Shown: positions 26,339 through 39,574 of the stretch, in pieces | How positions within the stretch are numbered: position 1 is the first letter of the stretch | How the letters are laid out: each line of letters begins with the position of its first letter | Assembly (NCBI GenBank): GCA_951406725.2 | Contig: OX597820.1 | Coordinates: 64,170,001-64,234,000, forward strand | DNA length: 64,000 nt | Reading direction: 5' to 3' | Source: Octopus vulgaris | Lineage: Eukaryota | Notes under the pieces: model-generated | Databases searched by the model: none | Told to the model about the DNA's origin: nothing | Seen by the model: the letters and a program-made list of their open reading frames with translations, nothing else | Program-made: the position numbers and the translations under genes

Positions 26339-26681
26339 GCGCAAGTGTGGCTGTGTGATAAGTACAATGTTTACCAACCACATGGTTCGGGTTCAGTCCC
26401 ACTGCGTGGCTCCTTGGTAATCTGTCTTCTACTACAGAATGAGTGGATTTCGTAGACGGAAACTGAAAGAATATGTTTGTGTGTCTCTGTTTGTTCTCCT
26501 AATCACTTGACAACCAATGTTGGCTTGTTTACGTCCCCGTAACTTAGCGGTTCGAACAAAGAGACCGATAGAATACGTATTAGGCTTACAAAGAATAAGT
26601 CCTGGTGTGAAATTTGTCCCACTAAAGGCGGTGCTCCAGCATGACATCAGTCAAATGACTGAAACAAGTAAAATAATAACA

Positions 26682-26684
<3 letters not shown>
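26339..26684 (+). mobile_element. SINE family A with internal deletions
   Basis: Head gcgcaagtgtggctgtgtg...gggttcagtcccactgcg; tail ggcggtgctccagcatg...gaaacaagtaaaa. Confidence 0.88.
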
Positions 26685-26721
<37 letters not shown>

Positions 26722-26723
<2 letters not shown>

Positions 26724-26890
26724 TATTATTCTTTACTTGTTTCAGTCATTTGACTGCTGATATACCGGAGCACCGCCTTTATTCGAGCAATTGGACACCA
26801 GGACTTTTTCTTTGTAAGCCATGCAGTGGAACTGAACCTGAAAGCAAGTGGTTTTTAAACATGCTGCTTACCACACAGCCACTTCTGCGC
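26722..26890 (-). mobile_element. SINE family A, internally deleted, tail-to-tail with the previous copy
   Basis: Tail ctttacttgtttcagtcatttgactg is joined at GCC (26818-26820) directly to the head atgcagtggaactgaacc. Confidence 0.85.
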
Positions 26891-27032
26891 TTATCTATAT
26901 GTCTATCTATCTATCCTTCTATCTATCTATCAATCCATCTATCTATGTATCTCAAATTCTAGTTGTGGATATTTCCTTATTTTCGACATAGGAGAAACAT
27001 GTTTTAAAATTCAAAGAAAACGGAGAATACAT

Positions 27033-28693
27033 ACATAGGAGAGATGAATTTATTATCATAGTCCAGTGAAATTAATAAGTTCATTGATATTGCCTACTCT
27101 GTGCTTCGACTGATTGCTGCCATTCACATATTTACACTTTTAAAGTGCATTATGAAGTTGAAAAAAGCGAAAAGACTCCTCTGGCCAAGATTGACTGATA
27201 TTTTTCACATACTAACGGGTGGATAGTTAATAGCGATTGAATTGTATCATGTGCTTTTCGGATTCTTTTCTAAAAATACCTAAAAGCTGATATTTTTTAC
27301 CTTGCTGGAGAAGGGATAGGAATAGTTTCGAAGAACTAGGTTATGTTACTATTCCACTTTTTTGGTAGTGCTGATTAACTGTTTACAATCTCGCTACTAA
27401 TTTCCATCCTATCCAGTATATCCATACTACATTCCTCCACGTCCTTATTTCAACCATTTGAACAAATTGATTAACTATTTATGCTTACTAGCCTGCCCCT
27501 ACCTTTCACAATATTCAGCATGGACCTAATTGTTATTTTTCTTTACTTATTTTATATCAGCACTATTACTTCCTTACTTTAAAAAAAATTATATTAGTTA
27601 GTAGTAAATACAATTATTTATTCAAATATATTAGTTGATAGTTTGGGTTCATACATATATATGTGTCTACTTAATTTAAAGTATAAATGCATGATTCATA
27701 GGTATTATTTACACGGTATTTAATTTAACCATATCTACTAAAATTTATGAACAAAACTGAGTCTTCTTCCTCTCTTGTTGTTGATAAATTTGCGTTTTGA
27801 TGTAAGGATCTGTTAAATTTCTTCGACGTAAATTTCACATTGTTTGCTCCCAATGCTACAAGGTTTTGTTCGGCTAAATGTTTCCCACGCAAATGTATAG
27901 TCCTTATCTTTATCCTTAATCTAGAAACTTAGCTTACTTAGACTGGTGCTAGCCTCTTTTTGTCTATCCCTAAACGTGTTGTCCTGATTAGCTATTCTTC
28001 TTTTTATATAATTATCCGTAGAACCGATATAGAAGTAAACCTGTCCCCCAGATACAGTCTTACACCCATACATAACTTTTCCTATTAAAAGAATTTAATG
28101 GACATCGTTTTATTTTAGTGCAATCGCAGTTTATAATTTCAGTAGCGCTTGCTATTTCCTTATTAATAATGTTGCGCTCGTATTCTATGTTTTTAGAGTA
28201 ATCAACATTATATTTATTATGTACGTTTGGAGACTTTACCATTGATCTAACGTTATTTACGTTAGTTTGTTTACTACTTTTGTTACAATCTTCTTTGTCA
28301 TTCTTCTCTTTTCCTATCCTAATACTCTTATTGCTTTCTCTTCTATATTTGTTGTTGCTATAGTTAATATTAGTATTTATATTATCAATATTTATATTTC
28401 TTTAATCACTTTTGTCCGTAATACTATGCTTATTGCTTCTTTATATAGAACAGAGAGAAATTAAGAGTTATCTCCCTTCGTTAAACATGTAACTCATATT
28501 ATCGTTATTCTTCACATAATTTTGATCATTTAACAATTCATGTTTATTTATTTATTTAATTATATTTTCTGTACTCTTATTACATAAAAGTGTAAATATA
28601 TGAATGACAGCAATGACCCGAAACGCAGCGTAGGAAATACTAATGAACTTATTAATTTGACTGTACTATGAAAATAAATTGATTACTCTATGT
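27033..28693 (-). mobile_element. Penelope-like element remnant (GIY-YIG endonuclease region) bracketed by inverted pseudo-LTRs
   Basis: Minus strand NCDCTKIKRCPL...YFYIGSTDNYIKRRIAN...TSLSK...W...SKQC fits the PLE GIY-YIG domain. ~110 bp inverted repeats at 27033-27141 and 28586-28693. Confidence 0.75.
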
Positions 28694-28709
28694 ATTATTA
28701 GAATTTATG

Positions 28710-28855
<146 letters not shown>

Positions 28856-28869
28856 CTTATATATATAAG

Positions 28870-29200
28870 CAATTATTAACTTCATAGAAGTACAAAACTC
28901 TAATATCCTCCAGTGTAGGATCTTCTGGTTGGGATGCACTTGTAACGTTCCAGCTATCTCATGAAGGTCCGATCGACGTCTTCCAAAGCGAAAAGACTCT
29001 GGGCACCCACCTTTATCGTCTTCAGCTTGGAGACCAACCAAATCTCAAAAGGAGTATAGTCTGAAACCTAATGGGGGTGAGGGAGAGTTTTTATGCCCGT
29101 TTCTAACAAATAGTTGTTTAGCAAGAGGGCATTCTGGACTGGTGCATCACCAGCATGCAAAAATCTGTTTCTGAACTCTTTGAAAACCTTCACAGAATTC
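28870..29200 (-). mobile_element. mariner (DD34D-type) transposase C-terminal remnant
   Basis: LHAGDAPVQ...[25 protein letters not shown] is a decayed HQDNAP...PHPPYSPDLAPCDFWLFPKLK. Confidence 0.7.
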
Positions 29201-29852
29201 TGAATTCTCCTTTTGTGTAAATTTTGCCATCGAGAGATCTTGCTGTTTTGCATAATGTTTTCATCAACCAATTTTTTTCAATTTCAGGTTTTGTAAGCGA
29301 TTGAAAGATTAATCCATCAACTGCCTAATTTTGTTTTCATATTTTTTGGCTTTGCCAAGTGTCTTAGGAGTTAAAATAATATATATTATTTAAATTTTCT
29401 TCATATGTGAATTATTTTGAAAATTATGATAAATTTATCAGAAAGTCCTAAATGGAGGATCGCTAAAAAAAATGCATATTAATCATTTTCACTTCACTTT
29501 CAATATTATATATTTTAGGCTATTTAAAACTATAGTATCAAATGCGAAGTGTATGAAATATCAATGAATGATATAGATTAGAAATGCGTTTTCAAAACAG
29601 TCACTATTTTTGTGGTTCAAAAATTGCGATTTATGTCCTAAAATGTCCTCTAGAATTAGCAAGAGCTGATAATGACAAACTTTAATTACTAAATATGTTA
29701 AACACACCTCTGCAAATACAATATACATAAGCAGTTCACTTTAAATACAACGAAGAACTGGGAGTGAGACTGGTTTTAGCAGATCCTCAAATGCGGCTCA
29801 TGGCAGGTTATGCGTTAAGGGGAAACAGCCTGGATTTTACACACACACACAC

Positions 29853-29900
<48 letters not shown>

Positions 29901-30300
29901 CTGTCTGTGTCTGTATCTGTGTGTGTGTGTATGTCAGTTTGTCTGTCTGTCAGTGAGTGTGTTTGTGTGTGTGAATGTCTCTGTGCGTGTGTGTGCATAT
30001 GTATAAGGCGCTTGTAACCTTCCTCTCTACAAAGGTCCTACTGAACGAGCGATGCTTTTGCACTATCGTTAAGCCATATTTAAAACTATATTTAAAAACT
30101 ATATCTTAAACCATATTTTAAAAAATGTCGCCACTGCCGTACCCACTGCTTCACAGTCATATCCGCTTCCTTTTCACCGAAGACGCTCCCTCGACTACTG
30201 AACAGTTGGAAATCAACGGACAACAAATTTAGATTGTCCGGTGTATGCATGAGACCACTGACGTAACCAATTTTCCGATCTTTTTTTTGTCAATTATGTA

Positions 30301-30509
30301 TGACGGGGTGTTGAATAGTTCCTGGTTGTAAGAGTGTCGTGAAAGGCCTGGATGGAGACCCAACGTTCTGAGCTCTGTTACAGAGTTTAGAGATACTAAA
30401 GGACCGCATGTGAATTTCAGAGGGGAATATTTTGAATAAAATTATAATTAAATGATCCTCCCTTATTTTCTTTACCCAAAGGCAGACAACGTTTAATTAC
30501 ACTCTCGTG
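30301..30509 (+). mobile_element. decayed mariner MITE
   Basis: Imperfect TIRs gacggggtgttgaatagttcctgg / gcagacaacgtttaattacactctcg. Contains the mariner ORF end agaggggaatattttgaataa (RGEYFE*). Confidence 0.55.
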
Positions 30510-30539
30510 CGTTGTCGCGGATATTCATGGAGAATTTGT

Positions 30540-30870
30540 ATCTGTTAAAACATTCTTGATAATGTCTGCAACCTAGTAGCTTTTCTGAGCTTTTTTAGTC
30601 TCTTGAATATATTGGTCGTTGGTCACAGTGTAGCCATATACAAAAAAATCAACCATAGAGAAATCTTCTATTTTCCTATCATAAAATGACGACCATTTCT
30701 TATACTCTGTCACCAGAGGAGAAACAAATAGATTTTCATTGGCTTCAAACGATTCCAGCAGATTACAGAGTATTTCTTCCCTTCTCTCCATGAAATCCTT
30801 TGTCAACTGCCGAGTTATTCAATTTGCATACACTCTCTGCTTCCAAAAGTCTTCAACCTCTTTCAACAGA
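30540..30870 (-). mobile_element. mariner transposase central remnant
   Basis: RQLTKDFMERREEILCNLLE...LVTEYKKWSSFYD is a decayed WVPRQLT...R...C..LL...IVTGDETW..YD. Confidence 0.6.
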
Positions 30871-32131
30871 AATCAGCTTTGAACTATAAATCTGAAATAT
30901 TGGACTATTGTAAGCCGTCTTCGAATTGTCTAATTTGAAAACCTTTCTACCGAACGATTAATATATTAACATATCACTACTGCATATGTTTTACTGTTTT
31001 TATCGTTGCTTTAGACATGTTGGGTGTATTTTCGTTATTTTTCTTATATTAAACTCTTTCCTTCCGACTGTTACTTTTGATTACGTAATTTTATTGGACG
31101 TTTTTCATTTTATCTCCTGATATACAGCTTTATCACCAAGGATAAAGGGTGTACACAGATTTATCGTATTATATTATTTATATATTATTTTATTTTATTG
31201 TATTATTTATCTTGTTCATTTTATTTAAGCTTACCACTCCAACTCTGAATTATTCGGATTGATTTTTTCCACACCCTCAAATATACATTTTTTTTTCCAT
31301 GTCCATGCATATTTTCGGAATTGGATTTCATTTAGTATATATATAGTTCTTTTTATTCTCTGTCTCTGTCCGGGTGTCTTTTTTCCGTTTCGTCTCCTTT
31401 GCACCCTTTAGTAATAATATTTTTGGCTTTAAATTTATCGAATTTCTCCATCAGTAACATGGTTTCTAGTCGCTTCTGCTTTCTCTGTGTATTCAATATG
31501 TTGTCTGTCCATATTTAATAGAAATGGTAACTAATAGTATGCTATGCGCTACATCCCTTTTCTTTTCCCTTTCTTATTTCTTACTTATTCTCCTTTTTAC
31601 CTCGCGTACTTTTTTTCTTTTTTATTCTTCTCTTCTTTCCCGCCTGATATTGTATGCCACATGCCGTTATTTTGTTGTTAGCTTATTTATCTAATTATTT
31701 ATTCTTATATTTATTATTCCCTTGTTTTCATGTTACTCATTCGTCTTGTCGTTATTTTACATTCTAAATCATCATCTTTTATTATATATTCCATCAACGT
31801 TTGATCTCCAAAAAGGTATTATTTTTACCTTAGCTGCAATGGTTATACCTATTTACATTTATATAGGTGATCTATGTCATTTGGTTATAAATTTAAATTC
31901 CACTGGCTTTTTAACTTTGATTTTTTTGTCAACGGCCAACAGACTTTTCCAACAGACTTCGCTTATTTTGAACAATAACCACCCATATCCAATCATCTTA
32001 AAATTTAATTGATGAGTTTATAAATAATCATTAACCATTTAAAAACATTAATAAAGCATCGTATTGCTAAAAACCTTATCTCACGTCTTTTGGTGATCTG
32101 AGTAACAGTTTATTAAGTCTTTTTAACATCA

Positions 32132-32490
32132 AACATGAGCAATCAGATAGCGCAAACCTCCGCCAAGGCAAAACCAATGTCTTCTCAACGATTAGCCAGA
32201 GATGATTTATAAAATGAAATAAACTCGACTGCTCTTACAAACGAGAATACTAAACATGAACCCGACCGCTCTCAAAAGTTAAATTTAAAAAAAAGAGGAA
32301 AAATAATCCAGAGACTTTGGTACCAGATCCATCCCACAATCTAATCTGTTCGTGCCAGTCACGAAGACAAAATCCTTGAAAGTGTTATCCATATCCATCC
32401 AGCGGTTCTTGAGATATCTTGTCCAGGGACAAACAAACAATCAAACAAGAGTGCAAACAATATCCCCGCCTTCGCTAAGGCGGAAGTTAT
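32132..32490 (-). mobile_element. non-autonomous Helentron/DINE-1-like (HINE) element
   Basis: Subterminal inverted motif ACCTCCGCC (32156) / GGCGGAAGT (32479), hairpin ccgcctt-cgct-aaggcgg, an adjacent (TGTT)n microsatellite and a short stem-loop at the other end. Confidence 0.65.
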
Positions 32491-32910
32491 AACATAAAGA
32501 AAAACAGGAAAGGTCACAATGTGCACATGCACACGCGCACATAAATATATATATATAGTTAGTTGTAATAATGAAGTCAAAGGAAATATTAATAATTTTG
32601 ATAATCTTTGATACGGACGTTTCAGATGTGCATAATATAAGATAGGAAATGCATCTAATACACAAATCCTGCCTCTGAGGAAAGTTTAAATAACAGATAT
32701 ATTTCCTGTTATATATCACGCAAACGAGAAACGCATAAAAATATCACTATGTGGGTTGAATCCGTTATTAAAATTAATACGATTTGCGCTGGCAATACAA
32801 ATAGCCGGTTTTGTCTCAATTGAAGCGGATATTCTAATAGCAATTAGGAACACGTTTGTTATATCTGACTTGAGCCAAGAATTCTGGTAATGTGCACCAC
32901 GGCTTCTTAC

Positions 32911-32960
<50 letters not shown>

Positions 32961-32964
32961 TATA

Positions 32965-33330
32965 TTTGTAAAAAAGAAGTTTGAAAACGCCACTATATTA
33001 GATAAATTTTAATTTTCTTATGAATTTTACATGTTTCGGTTCTTGCAAAAAACGAACCTTATCAAAAATATTATAAAAAGTAAAGAATAATAGAAGAGTT
33101 CATAATTGTTTCTTACTGGTCTCAATAGAATCCATGTGGTGGTGTTTTGTCGGTAGTAGGTATCATAGCTATAAATTTCAAGTTGAGTGTAGTAAAGAAG
33201 TTCATTATTGTTTCTGAAATGGTAGCAGCAGTAGTGATTGTTGGTCGTAGTAGTAGTGACCGTGGTGGTGGATAGGTTTGCGGCAGCTTATTGGTTGTAG
33301 CGGCTAAGTTGTGGCTGTCCTAGCAGCAGC
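32965..33330 (-). mobile_element. PLE pseudo-LTR fragment with minimal type I hammerhead-like motif (33024-33071)
   Basis: Minus strand attt-TTGATAA-ggttc-(11 nt)-gaacc-GAAA-catg-TA-aaat has stems I, II and a palindromic III. The core deviates from CUGANGA at two positions. Confidence 0.6.
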
Positions 33331-33341
33331 AGTATGACCAG

Positions 33342-33384
<43 letters not shown>

Positions 33385-33544
33385 ATATGTATATATGTAT
33401 ATATATACATATATGTATATATACACATACAGATATATATATATATGTTCATATGCATATTACCCATGGATTGAAGTGTAGGAAGAAAGTTAGCTTCAAG
33501 CAATTCGTAGTAAATGTAAAAAAACAACTTTCAGAGACAATAGT

Positions 33545-35025
33545 GGTTTATTGAGACGGAAAGTTGTGAATTTTTTTGTTATTGAAGTATGATAATCCGA
33601 GTTAAATGCTTTTAACTAGGTGTTAGTTATAAATTCCTTAGCAGTTCCGGTTGATATATACAGTTGCATTGTGTTGAACTCAAATATGAGCGAAATAAGG
33701 AAGATTGACAGGAAAATCCATAAGCTGCTGACTTGCAATAATATGTACCACTCAGCGGCAGACGCAGATCGTCTTTACTTATCCAGAGCTCAAGGACGTC
33801 GAGGCTTGATCCAATTTGAGATCTCTTACAAAACCATTACTATTGGACTGGCAATATCTCGAAATATCAAACAACTGGATGCTTACGTTCGTTGAAAACC
33901 ACGGAAGATATAAGAAGCTTCATTCTGTTATGAAAGAGAGCAAAAGTTTTCCGCTGAGTTTATGCATAATACCCAGGTTGAACAGCATCAGGGAAGTGCA
34001 ACAACTGTAGCTGCAAAAAAAGGTAGAATCAATAGCAAAACAAAATGTGCTTCAACAATTGGCTGATATGGAGGAAGAAAAACCTCAGCATGGCAAATAT
34101 GTGGCCCGTAGCAGACAAGCACATCCAGAGCTCAGAGTTAAAGGCAAAGAGTGAAGGCTTGTCTTGGCTGCCCAAAATCAAAGAATATTGAACCGGATCT
34201 ATCAAGCCAATGTATGAAAAATGGTGTAAACCCAAAGTGCTGATACTGTAACGACGGGATAGAAACAATCGACCACCTAATCTCTGGATGAAACGTTTTA
34301 GTACCTTTAGAGTAGAAATCAATACATGACAGAATTGGCCAATGTTTACATTGGATAAGGTGTCGGCATTATAAAATAAAGACTGTTGATAAATGGTACA
34401 AGTACCACCCTGAGGCTGTAAGTTGGGGAGAAAATGTAAATATTCTTTGGGACTTTCCAGTATATACAGATCTGACCATCAAGGCAAATAAACCACAAAT
34501 TGTTATGAAAGACAATAGCTATAAATTCTGTTTATTTATTGACATGAGTATACCCTGTTATCATAATATCTCGGCAAAAGAATTTGATAAGCCCAGAAAA
34601 TATAAATATTTGCTAATTGAAATCGAAAAGTTGTGGCATCTCAAGACGGTATTAACACCTGTGATTGTAGGAGCACTAGGAATGATTAAAAAACCAAATT
34701 GAAAATTATTTAAGAATTATCCCTGCAGGAAGTCCAAAAGATTGTCTTAACTGGTACGTCCTACGTATGTAGAAGAGCATTGTTGCTGTGAATTTTCTCC
34801 CCCTCCCCATATATTTTATTTCTTTACTCTTCTATTTCTTATTTTTTGTCTCTGTCTTCCGCTCCTTCTCTATCACTCTGTAAATGATTCTGTAAATGAA
34901 CAATCTGGTGTGTTTGTTTTAATGGCCTACCTATGAAAAGAATACGTTTCTCTGACCTCGGTGTCGGGAAGTCACTCTGTAAGAAATATGAACAGATGCT
35001 AACGAAAATGATAATAATAATAATA
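33545..35025 (+). mobile_element. R4/Dong-clade (RLE) LINE, 3' ~1.5 kb, decayed
   Basis: INSLAVPV..YS...IDRKIHKLLT..MYH..AD.DRLYLSR..G.RGL; HGKY; ETIDHLISG; ILWDFPVYTD..IKANKP.IV; IDMSIP; KYK.L..EIEKLW; PVIVGALG; (TAA)n tail. Confidence 0.9.
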
Positions 35026-35114
35026 ACAACAACAACAACAATAATAATAATGATGATGATAATAGTTGTAGTAGTAGTAGTAGTAGGAGGAGGAGGAGGA
35101 GGATGATGGGGATG

Positions 35115-35330
35115 AGGAACCCTGGGAACAGTGAGCAAAAATCTCGAGAAGTACATGGAACAAATTGGGGCTACTTGAAGAAAACAGCACTGCCTGGAAC
35201 CGCTCGAATACTCTGGAAGGTGCTCGAAAAATAAGAGACGTTACCTTAGTTCACTGGTAGTGAACAGCTGACACTGTAGTACATCTCCAGCCTTAGAACC
35301 TGTGTAAAGGCATTAGTAATAATAATAATA
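35115..35330 (+). mobile_element. short 3' end of a second R4/Dong-like LINE family
   Basis: GTLGTVSKNLEKYMEQIG...ALPGTARILWKVLEK*, followed by a short UTR and (TAA)n. Confidence 0.7.
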
Positions 35331-36499
35331 TCTATACGAATATTCATTTGAATATTTACTAATTCACATATATATATATAAATATTACATTTTTCTTTCG
35401 CAAAAGTTTCTTTTTTACATTATTGCTTGGAAGTGCTCAGGTCGAACACGAGACGTATGTTAGACATTATATTATAATAATACTAATTAATAAATACCAT
35501 ACAAATTTTCGAAAAATTTATAAGGTGCTAAAAGTGAATGTCTCTACCCAGACACAACTGATTATGCTTCAATACGCGAACTCACATAAAGAATCTTGCA
35601 AACCAAATCCCAAAGACGAAATATATAAGAATTTATTGAAAAATGTTTAAGATTACAAAGAAAGATTAAATTCTTAAACACAAGAAATCCTAATGTGACA
35701 TAATATTGCCAACTCTGAAACTCCTCTAGCATGTGTCAGATATTTCACATCGGAACTGGAGATAAAAAACGACAAAAAGAACATCACTTTAACAGAAGCT
35801 ACGGCGATGTAACAAGAAACATGGTCGTCTCGTTATCAATTTCGTGTCTTCAAATGTTTTCTGTCTTACACAACATATATATACACACGCCCAGACATAT
35901 GTATATGATGTTTGTTTGTATGTGTGTGTGTGCGTATTTATGTGTGTGTGTAAATACAGACACAGTTATGTAGATATATCATATATACTTGCATCTACAT
36001 GTTTGTGCGAGTATGCGCATGCTGTTATGTGTGTGTGTATGTATATTTGCAGTTCTTTAATCTATGTTGCTTTCCCTTCCAGTTTTGGAATGTATATTGA
36101 TATTACCAGTGGAAGTGTTAAATTGCACCAGATCCAATAATAACTGGCGGAGCTCTTGTCTAAAGATATCTTCCAATATTAGCAAGCTTATGTGTATGTG
36201 TCTAGCATTTAATGTAGATTGTCAGTAGACAATTCTAACTACATATCTATCAACCGAACCATCTATATGGCTATCCTGTTTGTATCTTCAAACTACTGTT
36301 CTATTTTTAATCTCGAGTTTTTCTCTCGGTCTGTTTGTATAGATACATACATACATACAGACATACATGTATACATAAATACATACATATATGTGTGTGT
36401 GCACATATATATACACATGTATATGCACACATATATACGTATATACATCCATATACACACATATCAATCCATATACATATATATAGATACACACACACA

Positions 36500-36545
<46 letters not shown>

Positions 36546-36572
36546 AACAGGTGCCCATTGATATAAATAATT

Positions 36573-36609
<37 letters not shown>

Positions 36610-37712
36610 GGTACACATTGATATAGATATTTATATATATATATATACGCATTGATACGTATATGCATACATATATATGAAAACTGGAAAACAGAATTGA
36701 AGAAACGAGCTTCAAATAATACTGAAAGAACATAGAACATCTAAAATTAAAAGATGCACACGATAACAACAACATTATCAACAATAACTAGAAAATCTAC
36801 AACAAAAATGTGAACTACAAGCAAAAACAAACAACAACTAAAAAAGAGTAAATGAAAAATATCCTATCACGAAATAAAATAAAACCGTAAGAACTATTGT
36901 ATTTTTATTGGCGTTCTTTATATCGCTGAATGAAATTAGTTTTGTTAGGTATAACGTTTGTTTGTAATGGTTTTTATTTATTTTTTCCCTTGGAGTTTCA
37001 TTACGTTTTTCACTTACCTTCACTTTTTCTCTCTACTCAGAACTACACACGTTTTAATGTCGTGAAGATAGAATAGTCATTTGCAGGAAAAAAAGAAAAG
37101 AAAAATGAAGAGAAAAACAGAAAAATCATTTCTTTGAATTGGACGGATTTTTTCTAAAAACAGAAAGCACTTTAGTTTTACTAGTCTGCTTTAGTGGTTG
37201 GTTGTAAAAGTAAAAGAGACTTCTACTAGAAATAATAGCAGCACTTCCTTTATTTAAACAGATTGACAATATTGGTTGTCTATATTTTTTTTGTGTCTAG
37301 TTATTATTCGTTTTATTTTTCTCATTTTGGTATGAGAGAGAGAGTGTTAGATTTCATCTGTCCTCCTCTGATGCAGCTATCATGAAAATAAAAATACGTA
37401 CGTTTATGCGTTTGTGTGTTAGTTTATTTTAATGCGTATATAATACAGCATTGTGGATGTATGTCTGCTTGTTCTAGGTTAGCTTAGAAAGTACTACACA
37501 AATACGTACTAAAACTACATGTCTTTATTCCCTGTCTCAAACTGAATGATTATATAACATTTATTTCAATTCATGCATCAATGGGTTTGAATTAAATTAT
37601 CAATTATCCTAAATATGTATTTAAAATTCGCTATTGCCTCTTCAAATTATGTCTCCTGTCCGAAAGTCTCGTATATTGTCACTTAGAATATCAACATTTA
37701 CAAGCTATATTA

Positions 37713-37870
37713 GTTTCAAATTTTGGCACAGGGCAAGCAGCTGGTACTTATTTAATCGTTCTGGAAAGGATGAAAGGGTAAAGTCGACCTTGGGTGAAGT
37801 TGAACTCTAAACGTAAAGACGAACAAAATGGCACTACGTTTCTTGCCCGGCTTAACCATTCTGCCAGCTT
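37713..37870 (-). mobile_element. Nin/Deu-domain SINE (family C), partial
   Basis: ctggtacttatttaatcg...gaaaggatgaaagggtaaagtcgacc is the reverse complement of the Nin-type core GGTCGACT..GCCTTTCATCCTTTC..GGTCGAT...AGTACC. Confidence 0.75.
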
Positions 37871-38007
37871 TACAATGCTATATTAGTTATACGTATGCAC
37901 ACGTAGACACCCACTGGAACTAGAAATCCATGCACTAAAAATACTTATTTAGATATATTAATACAGGCACATATTCTTACATATGCATTATTATTTACTT
38001 AAATCTA

Positions 38008-38210
38008 GCAGGTAGGAAGAATCGTTAGCACTCAGGATTCGTGGCATTTCACCCGACCTCAGGTTCTAAATTAAGATTCCACTGAGGTGACTTTGCCTTT
38101 TATCTTTTCAGAGTCGGAAGAATAGGTAGCAGTCAAGTACTGGGGTTGATGCAATTGTCTTTTCCCTTCCCTCAAAACCGCTGATCTTGCGCCAAATTTT
38201 GAAACCATTA
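38008..38210 (+). mobile_element. Nin/Deu-domain SINE (family C)
   Basis: gaatcgttagcac...gaggtgactttgccttttatcttttcagagtcg...gtactggggttgatg...gccaaattttgaaacc. Confidence 0.75.
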
Positions 38211-38322
38211 GGCGTGAGCTTGTAAAATCGTTAGTACGGTGAGAAAACTACTTCGTGACAGCTCTTCCGGCTTTACCTCCTCAGTTTAAACTTAACGAAA
38301 ATCTATTTTTCATTGTGATTCC

Positions 38323-38401
<79 letters not shown>

Positions 38402-38774
38402 CCTATCTATCTATCTATCTATCCATCTACGCCTCCATCTACCTATCTTCTTCCATTTCACTATACTTTCTATCTGATTCACCTTTCCCCTTTCCCCACT
38501 CTCACTCACTCTTATACTCTCTCGCTGTCTCTCTCATACAAAACATAAAAATGCTTTCCCTGATTAATCAGTCAGTCAAAATATCTCTTCATGCATCACC
38601 TATGCATGGATGTATATATACGTATATTTATGTATGTCTGCACATATACATATAATGAATATACATATACACATACACACACATAATATATGTACTTGTG
38701 TGTCTGTGTGTGTACCTGTGTGTGTGTGCCTATGTATCTATCAATACATAGGCGAATGTATGGATATAGATCGA

Positions 38775-39090
38775 TATATCACCGTGATCACCGTGACCGA
38801 CCAGACTATCCGATGTTGCTACACATCGCTGGTCACAATGCGCTTCGTATTGCTTCAGCCTTCAAATGACGCTACCCCGCTGGCTAAGCGAGCAGGCCAA
38901 CAGAAGAAAGTGTGAGAGAATGTTGTGGCGCAAGAGTACAGCAGGGATCGCCACGACCCCCTGCCGGAGCCTCGTGGAAATTTGAGTGTTTTCGCTCAAT
39001 AAACCTTCACAACACCCGATCTGGGAATCGAAACCGCGATCCTATAACCGCGAGTCTGCTGCCCTAACCACTGGGCCATTGCGCCTCCAC
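38775..39090 (-). mobile_element. tRNA-derived SINE, family B1
   Basis: Head gtggaggcgcaatggcccagtggttagggcagc...ggtttcgattccc (A/B boxes), body ...ccacgaggctccggcagg..., distinct tail ending in (cacggtgat)-like repeats. Confidence 0.85.
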
Positions 39091-39092
39091 AG

Positions 39093-39170
<78 letters not shown>

Positions 39171-39173
39171 CCC

Positions 39174-39212
<39 letters not shown>

Positions 39213-39574
39213 CCCTTGAAGCACGCATGCTCACATACACTCACACACAGACACACATACAGGTATATGCATGATCTGTCTAGCTACTTGTGCTTGTCCG
39301 CCTGATTGAATTTCTTAATGTCTCCTTATATAACTCCTTCTGTATTTGTTAATTTATTGTCAATTAGTGTTTACTATATAATTATTTTCAACTCACACAT
39401 ATGCCCACGCGCTCGTATACAAACTCATGCCCAGCTATAAATACACGCGCACAAACAAACGTGCACATACACACACGCGCGCGCGCACATTCGCGCAACA
39501 TCGCCATTTTGTAGTAGTTTATATTGCATTCCGTCACATTTCTTCTTTAGTAAATTATTATTCTATATTATATA

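Noticed and set aside
31000-32010. Possible further PLE remnant (IW...NNHPY) in AT-rich DNA
   Set aside because: Too degenerate to support without a profile search.
37011-37041. Overlapping minus-strand donor (AAG|GTAAGT) and plus-strand acceptor (pyrimidine tract + CAG)
   Set aside because: No partner splice site or ORF; joining it to the 10924 exon gives a stop after 7 codons.
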